A stretch of DNA of 64,000 nt from Gammaproteobacteria bacterium (GTDB lineage: Bacteria > Pseudomonadota > Gammaproteobacteria > JBCCGL01): NCBI GenBank assembly GCA_965277715.1, contig OZ255836.1, positions 1,120,001 through 1,184,000 on the forward strand, given 5' to 3'. A program made the position numbers and the translations under genes. The notes beneath the pieces were generated by a model. The model did no database searches. It had not been told where the DNA came from and saw only the letters and a program-made list of their open reading frames with translations. Shown here piece by piece: positions 32,109 through 41,076 of this stretch (positions are counted from its first letter, which is position 1; every line of letters begins with the position of its first letter).

Positions 32109-33257
32109 CTACTTTTCTGGAGTTCCGGTCCAGATTTGCAGTATGTACATCAGCCACGAGTCAGTTTTGAGGAGAATGGCCCTGAGCTGTTCATCCGTCA
32201 GTTCCATCTCCAGCTCATGTACCCGATTGAACAGCTCAATCAGCTTTACGAGTGCCCGAGTGTCATGCGTCAAGAACTCCTTAAGTGGATCGTTGTTCAG
32301 CTCACGGCAAACATACAATACCCTGGCCCGTCGAGTTGGCCGACCTTCATGCAATAGATCCTTCTGAGCGGTATTACCGGCAATCCATGCTGAAACAAGT
32401 TCATCAGGGGCCAAACGTCTCAGTAGATGGCTCCACAATTCCCTAAGCGAACTCAGAATATGTCGCGCCCGATCAGCATTGTTACCATTCAGGGCATCAC
32501 GTGCACCAACGTAAGGCCGAGCGAGCCCTGGATCTACCCGCTGCAATAGAGCAATGCAACCTGCTGTTTCCAGCTCTACATCAGCAATAAGCTGAATTTC
32601 CGTTTCAGCATCTTCCTCATCCCACTCATCCCTAGGACGTATAGTTTCAAGTGCAATGCTCGTGGTATAGATTTCGCGGGTAGCTCCTGGCAAAACGAAA
32701 TTTGGCAATCTCGTGATGTCTGGGATGCCCCTCAATGATTCGGCCAAGCTCCCATAAGACGCTGCGACATGAGCTATCGAACGCTCAAGACCTGAGATAA
32801 CCGGCACATCGATTTGGAAACGGTTCATGATAGCGTCAAAATCTATGCCCGCCATAAGACGTTCAGTTGCAGTCAGCTGTAGCGAAACATCGCACAAAGC
32901 CAACGAAGCAGATGCCTGAATCTGCGAAAAGTCATGCTGAGTGGGGTTGATGCGCGCAATCCATGACTGATGGGCAGCACCCAGGTTCTCGACCATTCGG
33001 CTTGTTGCGGTAGCATTTTTGAGGACATCCTGCAGATGTTGATTGGCACCGATGATGTCCTTCATTCGTGCTGCTGCTCCAGAAATTTCCAGGGCACGGC
33101 TGATTTCCAACTGATGGCGACGAATAGGCTCCATCGCACGTTCCATTTGATCAATCACACTCATGTAAGACGGTTTGGTCAAACGGTTGAATTTCTCCAT
33201 GTCCTGGTGGAGTTTGGTAAGTGTGGACTTCGCTGTTTTCAAATCGTCAGACATCAC
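32109..33257 (-). CDS. Hypothetical protein with a C-terminal predicted pPIWI-associating nuclease (pP_pnuc_1)-like domain
   Basis: C-terminal GARDAL...DRARH...SLREL..HLL..LAPD...GRPTRRAR..Y pattern, recalled from that family. Starts 3 bp after the jetD stop. Confidence 0.55.
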   Translation of the reverse strand: MMSDDLKTAKSTLTKLHQDMEKFNRLTKPSYMSVIDQMERAMEPIRRHQLEISRALEISGAAARMKDIIGANQHLQDVLKNATATSRMVENLGAAHQSWIARINPTQHDFSQIQASASLALCDVSLQLTATERLMAGIDFDAIMNRFQIDVPVISGLERSIAHVAASYGSLAESLRGIPDITRLPNFVLPGATREIYTTSIALETIRPRDEWDEEDAETEIQLIADVELETAGCIALLQRVDPGLARPYVGARDALNGNNADRARHILSSLRELWSHLLRRLAPDELVSAWIAGNTAQKDLLHEGRPTRRARVLYVCRELNNDPLKEFLTHDTRALVKLIELFNRVHELEMELTDEQLRAILLKTDSWLMYILQIWTGTPEK

Positions 33258-33260
33258 TTT

Positions 33261-34436
33261 CTACCCTTGCTGACGCAATTTCTTCCAGGCGACATCCCAG
33301 GCGATCCGTTCCTGCTCTAGACGGACATTCTGCCCCCAGGCATTGCGTTTGATGGCCTGATACACCGCCTGCTCGGGATCCGTCAGCAAGGGCAATGTTT
33401 CGGCAGCATGCTGATCCTTCTCTTCAACCCATAAACCCTGATGACTCCGGAGGGTTGCTTCGTCCATCAATACAGATTTCAGCTCAGGGAGATAGCTTCT
33501 GGCACGATTGAGAATCGCAAAACCATGCGTGTCCAAATCCCCCCAGTAGACGCAGTTGACCTTGGCGACCCAGGGCAGACGACCCAGTACGTCGACCCCA
33601 TAACCTAGCTGCATGATGACAACCGAACCCGGAAGATCATCAAACGCGAGACCGGTTTGCAGGTTCTCGACAATGAAAGCGTTGCTGACAGGGAGATCGA
33701 GTTCAGCCAGCTGTTCCCAGGGTGCAGAGATATCGTTCAGACTGCCAACCCGTTGCCTCAGGCTCTCGTCCAGAATGCGCAGACGTATGAGTTGTGGTGG
33801 TGCCTTAAGTCCGCAGCGCCCGTAAAAATCACCCTCGCTTGATGATTTACCTCGCACGTTATCGACGAGATCTGCCAGAAGCCCTTTACGTTTTTCAAGC
33901 CACTTGCTGTCCAGGCCACTGACGGGCAGCTGTCTCGGATAAAGGTTGGAAGCAGGATTCTTCTCGATCCAGGCGACCATATCGATAAGGCGTCGATAAT
34001 CCGCCTCGCAGTAATCAGCAAGAATGGCAAAGTAACGAGGCAGCTTGTCAGATAGCTGAGGCCAACGCCCGATAAGATCCCTGTATCGCTGTTGGGCGCG
34101 ATCCCATCGATCTGCCTCCCCAATCCATTGTGCAACTTCGCCGGGACCAGACAGCAGCAGTTTCTCGGGAACAGGCTGTGTTCCCAGCTTGCGCCAACGC
34201 CGTTCACTCCAGGAAAGTGATCCTACACCATTCCAGGATTGCCAGGCTGCTACCCAGGTACGGACGTCTTCAACTTGCTTCAGCGCCTGGTTCTCGGTGG
34301 GAATACCCAGATTGACTTCCAGTAGCCAAGCACTGTCTTCCGACTGCTCCGATTCACCGCTTGTCTCAAGCCACTCACGATGCCTGTTCTTGAAGCGGCG
34401 CTTCAACTCCTTTTGTACATCATCAGGAAACTTCAA
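33261..34436 (-). CDS. jetD: Wadjet nuclease JetD (DUF3322/DUF2220, TOPRIM)
   Basis: Motifs IVENLQT, YWGDLDTHGFAIL and RLEQERI; last gene of the jetABCD order. Confidence 0.9.
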   Translation of the reverse strand: MKFPDDVQKELKRRFKNRHREWLETSGESEQSEDSAWLLEVNLGIPTENQALKQVEDVRTWVAAWQSWNGVGSLSWSERRWRKLGTQPVPEKLLLSGPGEVAQWIGEADRWDRAQQRYRDLIGRWPQLSDKLPRYFAILADYCEADYRRLIDMVAWIEKNPASNLYPRQLPVSGLDSKWLEKRKGLLADLVDNVRGKSSSEGDFYGRCGLKAPPQLIRLRILDESLRQRVGSLNDISAPWEQLAELDLPVSNAFIVENLQTGLAFDDLPGSVVIMQLGYGVDVLGRLPWVAKVNCVYWGDLDTHGFAILNRARSYLPELKSVLMDEATLRSHQGLWVEEKDQHAAETLPLLTDPEQAVYQAIKRNAWGQNVRLEQERIAWDVAWKKLRQQG

Positions 34437-37400
34437 GACTCATCTCCTGATGTGCATGAGCAGGCAGTTTCAGACGCTGCTGCGCCGAATCATATTCGAT
34501 CATCAAGACACCGGAGACACGCCGGTCGCTGATATCGATAAAGCAGGCACCACCAATAAACGGTTCCAGTGTCATGACCGATTTCAGCGGCGTGGCGACA
34601 ATCATCTGAAAACCGAAGTTTTTGAAGATATTCATCGCCAGCGCGGTGAACTCGTTGTCGGCCTTATCAAAGGCTTCATCAAGCACCACCGGCGCATACA
34701 TGGGCACACCATGCTCATTGCCACCCAACTGGTAGCGCAGCGCCGCGGCCAGACAGGTCGTGGCCAGCTTCTGTCGTTGGCCACCCGACTTACCCGAACC
34801 ACTGCGATAGACCTCCACCTCGACACCGCTCTCATCGGTCTCCCTACCGATAAATTCCATGTGCTGCCGCACATCCAACACCGCCTGTCGCCATCGTTTG
34901 TTCTCCGGCTCCTGGCTGGAAAGGCGTTCCACCAGGCGACGCAATGCCAGGAAACGCGACTCGGCCAACTCCCGGTCCTCGCTCCAGGCATGGCTCAACG
35001 CTTGCTGGATCTCCTGCTTGAACTCGCGCACATCCGGTAACTGGCGGTCACTGGGGTCGATTTGTAGATAGTTTGTTTGGTTGGTGCTCTGGTTGAATGG
35101 CACCTGAGCGAGGCTGTCGTTGACGAGATCCATTCGCTCCAGGATCTCCTTGCGCGCATCGCTCAGATAGGTCGAAAGCGCCGCAAGGTTCTGGTGGCTC
35201 TGACTCTCCAGCAATTGGAAAAAGCGCTGCTCGTGGGCTGGAAGGCCATCGGTCTCCAACCGGGTCAACTTGGCAAAAAAATCTGACGCGGCAGCCAGGG
35301 TCGCATCAAGGCCTTCCGCTTCGGCAGGCCATTCAAAAATGAACTCGTCGAACTGCTTTTCGATGAACCGGTCGCACTTGCCCACCTCCTTGGTCAGGGC
35401 TTCCATCTCGTCGCGTATCGCTCTCTCCACAGAACGGATGAGTTTATCCAGATTTTCCAACCTCACAGGCTCCACGAGCGTATCAAATCGCTCGTCCAAC
35501 CCCTGCTGTTGACGAGGTGTCAACGGAACAATGGTTGGATCATCCTGAAGGTTCTTTAAGGTCTCCTCGTGTTCATCGACTTTACCGACAACTTTCTCAT
35601 AGTCGATGGTTGTCTTGCGCAGTGCTTCATCGGCATCCTTGACGACCTTCTTCTGCCGCTCGATCTGATCGGCTACATTCTTCAGTTCGGTGTTGCCTTC
35701 CAGGGCATCACGAATCCGGCGGTCCAGCTTGTCGATGCCCGTTAGAAGCGGAGCAACATCCACCTCCTGCCACTGCAGATTGACCAGCGTCTGACAGTGG
35801 ATTGCACGCTTGGCCCGGGCACCCTCCTGGTCAGTGAGCACCTTGATTCGTCCAACCAGATCAGAGATTTTCCCCGCAAGCTCCTGGGCCTCTTTGTGGT
35901 AGAGCGCCAGTTTCTCACGGTTATCAAATCCCAGCACCCAGTTGCGGCGATCACCAATGCTCCGCCGATCATCTTTCTCGTGACGGGTCTTGCTGTGTTT
36001 GATCTGCCCCTCGCGGGTCAAAGCCCGATCTGCACGTCGGAAGGATTGAATGGAGTCGACGCAGGCGTAGTTGAACCGACGGCGCAGCTCCGTACTCAGC
36101 CATTCAGACTGATTACACTCTTTGATATTGAGCTTGAGCACCATTGAATCGGTGCCAACCGGTCGGGCTTGCTGGCGATCTACCTGTCCCGTCCGGTAAT
36201 AGACCAGTCGCTGCCCTAAATGGCGACTGTTAATGTGATTGGAAAGCGCGTAATAGTGACGTTCATCGACCAGCAGAGAGAGCGCAAAGCCATGTAGAAC
36301 CCGCTCGATGGCACCTTGCCACTCCGCCTCATCCGGTTTCACCTCGATCAGCTCACCGATAAAGGGCAACGCACTCTCCGAAACGCCGATGGAAGTGGCA
36401 ATCTCCTGGCGCAGATCCAACATATGCGCGGGGATATTGGAGGGCTGCCGTTCCAGGGCCTTCACCTCTCCGGCTGTCTGGGTAAACGCCGTCTCGGTCT
36501 CCCTTTTCTGGATCACCAGCAGATCCCGCTTTTCTCGGATCTCGCTACTGCCACTCTCCCAGCGTTCAAGCTCCTGACGTGCATCACCGACCAACTCGGC
36601 AAACCGCTGGGGTGAATCCGGAAAAACCCAGTCGAGTTGACGGCAGGCTTCTTTGGCTTGTCCCTGTTTTCTCAAGCACTGCTCGCGCTGCTGCTCCAGC
36701 GCAGACTTCTCCGTTTGCCAGGTTTCCACCTGGTCGCCGCCAACCTCCCTGTGACGACGCTCCAGTTCACGCAAGGAATCATTATGCTGGTTGAGCGCGG
36801 CCTGTTTCCTGCTGATCTCACCTTGCAAACCGTCAGCCTGAATATTCAAGCGCTCAATCTGCTCTTTCAGTAGATCGATACGACGACGCCCACCGTAACT
36901 ATCGATTCCGGCCAGTAGTTCGTTCAGGCTACTGTGTTCATTCAGCAGCGACTCTCGCTTCTGATGCTTCTCTCGCGCCGGAACCAGGGTCTCCACTTGC
37001 CGACGTGCGGTTACCACCGCCTGGTGCGCCGCATTGAGTTCATCGAACTCTCTGACCAGTCGATCGGCCACCTCGAAGGTCGCTGGTTTGTCCAGCATGA
37101 AGTCCCGCAGGAAGGTGTTGAGGTCACCAAGGTTCTTGGCCGACTGGGTCTTGTGCAACAGGCGTAACGCCATCTCGCTCTCGATGCCGAGCAAGCGACG
37201 AAACCGCTCGGCGTAGGCGCTGAACTCGCTGCGATGAAAGGCATCATCAAGTGTCTGTTTGAGCTTGCGCACATCCAGATTGGACTGCCCGAACACCTCC
37301 AACTCATTGAGTTCAAAAGGTCTGTCGAAGATCATGAAATGGCGCTTCACATCGCCTGCGCCGTTAGCACTCCCGCGCAACCATAAGAGCTGCACCAGCA

Positions 37401-37797
37401 CCACATGCTGATCCAGGGCATTTCGGTAGGTGAGCGCCAGAGCCGACCAGGTCGTTCCTGGGCGCAGGTAGCGCGTAGCTATCTCGCCCGAGGCATCGTC
37501 CTTTTGCTCCGCCCAGGCGCCACGGATATAGCTCACCAGGTTACGATCACGTCCTGTCTTTTCCGCCTCACGCGCCGCGGCATTAAAATCGGCCCAACGT
37601 GGCGGCACCAGCAACGCGGAAAAGGCGTCGAGCAGCGTCGATTTCCCTGCTCCAGAGCGGCCCACAAAAAGAAAGCCCTGTTCCGTAATCGGGATATCAT
37701 GAACATCAGAGAAGGTGCCCCAGTTATAGACCTGAAGTCGGGACATACGGAATTGTTCCGTGGCGAAGAGGTTTTGCGCCCCTGCGGCAGCACTCAT
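34423..37797 (-). CDS. jetC: Wadjet SMC-like ATPase JetC
   Basis: NWGTF, Walker A GRSGAGKST, long coiled coils, signature SGGQ and Walker B LDEAF. Confidence 0.9.
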   Translation of the reverse strand: MSAAAGAQNLFATEQFRMSRLQVYNWGTFSDVHDIPITEQGFLFVGRSGAGKSTLLDAFSALLVPPRWADFNAAAREAEKTGRDRNLVSYIRGAWAEQKDDASGEIATRYLRPGTTWSALALTYRNALDQHVVLVQLLWLRGSANGAGDVKRHFMIFDRPFELNELEVFGQSNLDVRKLKQTLDDAFHRSEFSAYAERFRRLLGIESEMALRLLHKTQSAKNLGDLNTFLRDFMLDKPATFEVADRLVREFDELNAAHQAVVTARRQVETLVPAREKHQKRESLLNEHSSLNELLAGIDSYGGRRRIDLLKEQIERLNIQADGLQGEISRKQAALNQHNDSLRELERRHREVGGDQVETWQTEKSALEQQREQCLRKQGQAKEACRQLDWVFPDSPQRFAELVGDARQELERWESGSSEIREKRDLLVIQKRETETAFTQTAGEVKALERQPSNIPAHMLDLRQEIATSIGVSESALPFIGELIEVKPDEAEWQGAIERVLHGFALSLLVDERHYYALSNHINSRHLGQRLVYYRTGQVDRQQARPVGTDSMVLKLNIKECNQSEWLSTELRRRFNYACVDSIQSFRRADRALTREGQIKHSKTRHEKDDRRSIGDRRNWVLGFDNREKLALYHKEAQELAGKISDLVGRIKVLTDQEGARAKRAIHCQTLVNLQWQEVDVAPLLTGIDKLDRRIRDALEGNTELKNVADQIERQKKVVKDADEALRKTTIDYEKVVGKVDEHEETLKNLQDDPTIVPLTPRQQQGLDERFDTLVEPVRLENLDKLIRSVERAIRDEMEALTKEVGKCDRFIEKQFDEFIFEWPAEAEGLDATLAAASDFFAKLTRLETDGLPAHEQRFFQLLESQSHQNLAALSTYLSDARKEILERMDLVNDSLAQVPFNQSTNQTNYLQIDPSDRQLPDVREFKQEIQQALSHAWSEDRELAESRFLALRRLVERLSSQEPENKRWRQAVLDVRQHMEFIGRETDESGVEVEVYRSGSGKSGGQRQKLATTCLAAALRYQLGGNEHGVPMYAPVVLDEAFDKADNEFTALAMNIFKNFGFQMIVATPLKSVMTLEPFIGGACFIDISDRRVSGVLMIEYDSAQQRLKLPAHAHQEMSLEVS

Positions 37798-38525
37798 TCG
37801 TGATCCTCCCCTGATGGCATATCATCATCTTGTTCGGACGATGCATCTGCTGCTTGCATGTCGTGGTAAATCCGGGTCAGCGCCTGAATTTCTTCGGCCG
37901 AAAACAGCAGCTTCAGCGTAGGTGAGATCTCGAAGCGATTTTCGCTTGCGCGAATCTTGCGCAAGATGCTGTGTTTCTTGATCTTCTCGATCGACGCATG
38001 GATGCGCTTTTCGAACAGCGCCCGATCGGTATTGCCGGCCTGTTCGTAAACCCCGAGAAACTCGACGACCTCGTCGGTCGATACCACCGCACGATCGCCA
38101 TGGGTCTCGGCCTGGGTGAGTCGCTGGCGCAGGTGGAGCAGCAGAATGGAATCCAGAAAGGTCAGATTGGCACGACGCAGAAGCCGGGGTACTTCCAGGT
38201 CGCCCGTTTCGGCCTGACGGGTAAAGGCCACTTGCAAATCACGGTCGATTACGAGCTGTAGAAACAGCTCCGACAAACGGCTACGGATGGCCATTTCATC
38301 ACGAATCAGGATTGGCCAGAGCTTGGAGTGGCGCTGACCATCCAGGGACGGGCCGGCAAGCAGCTGTACCAGAACACGGCGGGCATCCAGTGACAGCTCG
38401 CCGCTATCGCCCTGATAGAGTGCCTGGTCCGACTCCTGTTCGGTGTCCTTTACCTGCAGCATCTCTTCCACTGACGCCTCATTTTCAGGCGTACTTTCTT
38501 CAGACATAGGGTCAGACCAGTTCAT
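37794..38525 (-). CDS. jetB: Wadjet KITE subunit JetB (DUF4194)
   Basis: Size, position between jetA and jetC, and overlapping stop/start codons. Confidence 0.85.
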   Translation of the reverse strand: MNWSDPMSEESTPENEASVEEMLQVKDTEQESDQALYQGDSGELSLDARRVLVQLLAGPSLDGQRHSKLWPILIRDEMAIRSRLSELFLQLVIDRDLQVAFTRQAETGDLEVPRLLRRANLTFLDSILLLHLRQRLTQAETHGDRAVVSTDEVVEFLGVYEQAGNTDRALFEKRIHASIEKIKKHSILRKIRASENRFEISPTLKLLFSAEEIQALTRIYHDMQAADASSEQDDDMPSGEDHE

Positions 38526-40005
38526 CTAAGCGATCCCTCAAAAAATAGATTTTTGGAATACGGGCGCGGCGCCCTTGATCATCTTCACCCACCCAGGCCA
38601 CCGTCTCGACAGCCTCAATACCTGATTCGGCGCCTCTGATCCCATGACGGCTGGCCAGGGCCAGCAGACCAACCACACTGCCCAGGCCCTGCTTGGCCGG
38701 GAAGTGTTGCAGTACATCGCCGATCGATGCCTGGTCTCGTTGTTCGAGCAAGGAGCAAACTTGCTCTTTCAAAGTGCGAAAATCAATCTCCGACTGCGCC
38801 ACCAACTCACTGACTGATTCCAGATCTATGGGTGGTGGTTCGCCCTCACGCATCGCTTCTGGCTCAGCCTGCAACGATGGGTCGTAGAGCACCCATTGGG
38901 ATAGGGAACGCAAGCGACTACTGGTCAGCTCCAGGGAATACTCCAGCGACTCAGTTGCCTTTACCTCATCCTTGATCGACAACGCTGCACGTTGCGCCTC
39001 CTTCAGTAGCTGGTTCACGCGACGCTGCTCGAGATACTCACGGCTTTGCACGAAGTGCTTGAGGCTGCGGGCAAAGGTCTGCAACACCTCGTGGACGGTG
39101 CCCCCTTGCTCCAGAAGGTTCCTGGTCAGACGCAGGAGGAAGCGACGCTCACGCATGTCCAACTCGCCAACAAACTCGCGTGACATCACGCTGTCGAGAG
39201 ACTCTTCCAACATCGCTGCCTGCTCGGGATCGGTAAGCAAGCGCCAGAACGCAGAGAAGGTCCGGCCCGCCTCGCTCTCCGCGATCAGATCGATACCGGC
39301 AAACAGCGAGTCGAGGACCTCGCCGCGATTGCCATCGCTATCCATGATGCGCTCTCGAAGATCCCGGTTAAGCTGCTCGAACTGATCGCGCACCCGGCGG
39401 AAATCACCCGTCAGATCGTCGGCCAGGGAGATGATCTCGCGGGTCCGCTCCAGGGCAGTATCACGTGGCAGGACGCGCATCTGGCCCTTTTGAATGGCAT
39501 CGATCTCCTTGTCGATGCGGGCCTGTTCCGCCATCAGGCGGTCGATCCGGCGGTACTTATCGGTGTCGGTATCCTCGGCCAGCCCGACCAGCGCCTGGAT
39601 CACCAGCGACAGGCGACTCTCGGTAGCCGCGGAATGAGGTTCAGCGATGGCGGATAGAAAACGAATCGCCTCCACCGTGGCGGTAGAGAGCTCGTATTCC
39701 TCCTCGGTGGCACCTGGCGGGAATCGTCGTTCGAGATAGCCGTCGCTCAGCCAGTTGGCCACATAGGCCTGCGCCGTTTGGGGGAAATCGTCGCCCTGGG
39801 CCCGCAACTCTTCCAGATCCCGCGTCAGCCGTTCGAACAGAATCGAGGCCGGCAGGCTGCGCTCCTTTTCATAGAGGTGTGACTGCAGCAGACCAATCAC
39901 CGTTGGCCCATTGCCAGAAGCAAGCAACCGCCACAGCGACTGATTACGCATGCGGCGGTAGGCGGCGATATTTTTGTCTGCCTTCACTCTGGTCCAGTCT
40001 CCCAC
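38512..40005 (-). CDS. jetA: Wadjet kleisin JetA (DUF3375), type I
   Basis: Motifs ATESRL and S..GRTF.AFW..L.D; first gene of the operon. Confidence 0.85.
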   Translation of the reverse strand: MGDWTRVKADKNIAAYRRMRNQSLWRLLASGNGPTVIGLLQSHLYEKERSLPASILFERLTRDLEELRAQGDDFPQTAQAYVANWLSDGYLERRFPPGATEEEYELSTATVEAIRFLSAIAEPHSAATESRLSLVIQALVGLAEDTDTDKYRRIDRLMAEQARIDKEIDAIQKGQMRVLPRDTALERTREIISLADDLTGDFRRVRDQFEQLNRDLRERIMDSDGNRGEVLDSLFAGIDLIAESEAGRTFSAFWRLLTDPEQAAMLEESLDSVMSREFVGELDMRERRFLLRLTRNLLEQGGTVHEVLQTFARSLKHFVQSREYLEQRRVNQLLKEAQRAALSIKDEVKATESLEYSLELTSSRLRSLSQWVLYDPSLQAEPEAMREGEPPPIDLESVSELVAQSEIDFRTLKEQVCSLLEQRDQASIGDVLQHFPAKQGLGSVVGLLALASRHGIRGAESGIEAVETVAWVGEDDQGRRARIPKIYFLRDRLDELV

Positions 40006-40024
40006 ACGACTTTTATTCTCTTAT

Positions 40025-40066
40025 GAGCATCAATGCTCGCATTCAATCATCATCAATTTGATGATG
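40025..40066. promoter_or_regulatory. Inverted repeats in the divergent jetA/WYL promoter region (candidate operators)
   Basis: GAGCAT-CA-ATGCTC (40025-40038) and the perfect CATCATCAA-T-TTGATGATG (40048-40066). Confidence 0.5.
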
Positions 40067-40159
40067 TCAATAGCTACTATTGATTCCCATGTGGTGCGCA
40101 ATATATGCTAGCAACCGAATTTGAGTATCATGGCACAAAAAAGGTTTGCAGAGCTTCTC

Positions 40160-41071
40160 ATGACACAAACGCAGCTAGCCGATATCAGCCAGGCACAACA
40201 GGAACGACTGTTTCACATCGACTTTAAGTTGAGGTTCCTCGGCACAGTCAACCGCAATGACCTGGTATCGCGGTTTGGCATCAAGGCTGCAGCTGCCACG
40301 CGAGATCTGACGCAGTACAAAGAAATCGCCCCCAAAAATCTGGAGTACGACACCAAGGCCAAAACCTATATCCAGCGGGAAGGCTTCAAGCCGCTATTTT
40401 CCTATCCTGGCAATCAGGCACGTGCGGCACTGTGCTATGGCTTGGGCGATGACTTTGTTGGTCGCCAACATCCTCTGGTTACCGCAGAGTCCCCCACACA
40501 GCTCAATTTTCCCGATCTAGACACTCTGGCCATCGTTACCCAGGCCATACACCAAAAGAAAGCGCTCCAGGTTCAATACCGATCACTCTCCAGTGGCCTG
40601 ACTACCCGAGAGATAGTGCCCTTCGCTCTAATCGATAACGGATTGCGCTGGCACGTGCGTGCTCATGACCGTAAACGCAAGTCCTTCAATGACTTTGTCG
40701 TCAATCGTATTGCCCGCCCCAGAATACTTAACGGAGAAATTCCTGCCGCGCAGACCCGCGATGCAGACATACAGTGGAACCGCATCGTCAGAATGCACAT
40801 TGTTCCCCACCCAAGGTTGGAGCACCCAGAAACTATCGAACACGAATATTCCATGAATGATGGGGTGCTTAAAGTCGATGTCCGCGCAGCTGTTGCGGGT
40901 TATGTCCTCAGGCACTGGAACGTGGATTGTTCCGAAACGCACAGCCTGGATAGTCCAGAGATTCACCTGTGGCTTAACAACCCGCAGACTCTTTACGGCG
41001 TAGACAGCGCCACGCTTGCGCCGGGATACCAAGCGACACCAGATATAAAACCAAATGCAGGGATGGGCTGA
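40160..41071 (+). CDS. WYL-domain transcriptional regulator (BrxR/CapW-like)
   Basis: N-terminal wHTH (RNDL..RFGI..AAATRDL..Y) and WYL core (Y.SLSSG...R.I.P..L.DNGLRWHVRA). The start could be 40121 or 40130. Confidence 0.9.
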   Translation: MTQTQLADISQAQQERLFHIDFKLRFLGTVNRNDLVSRFGIKAAAATRDLTQYKEIAPKNLEYDTKAKTYIQREGFKPLFSYPGNQARAALCYGLGDDFVGRQHPLVTAESPTQLNFPDLDTLAIVTQAIHQKKALQVQYRSLSSGLTTREIVPFALIDNGLRWHVRAHDRKRKSFNDFVVNRIARPRILNGEIPAAQTRDADIQWNRIVRMHIVPHPRLEHPETIEHEYSMNDGVLKVDVRAAVAGYVLRHWNVDCSETHSLDSPEIHLWLNNPQTLYGVDSATLAPGYQATPDIKPNAGMG

Positions 41072-41076
41072 AAACT

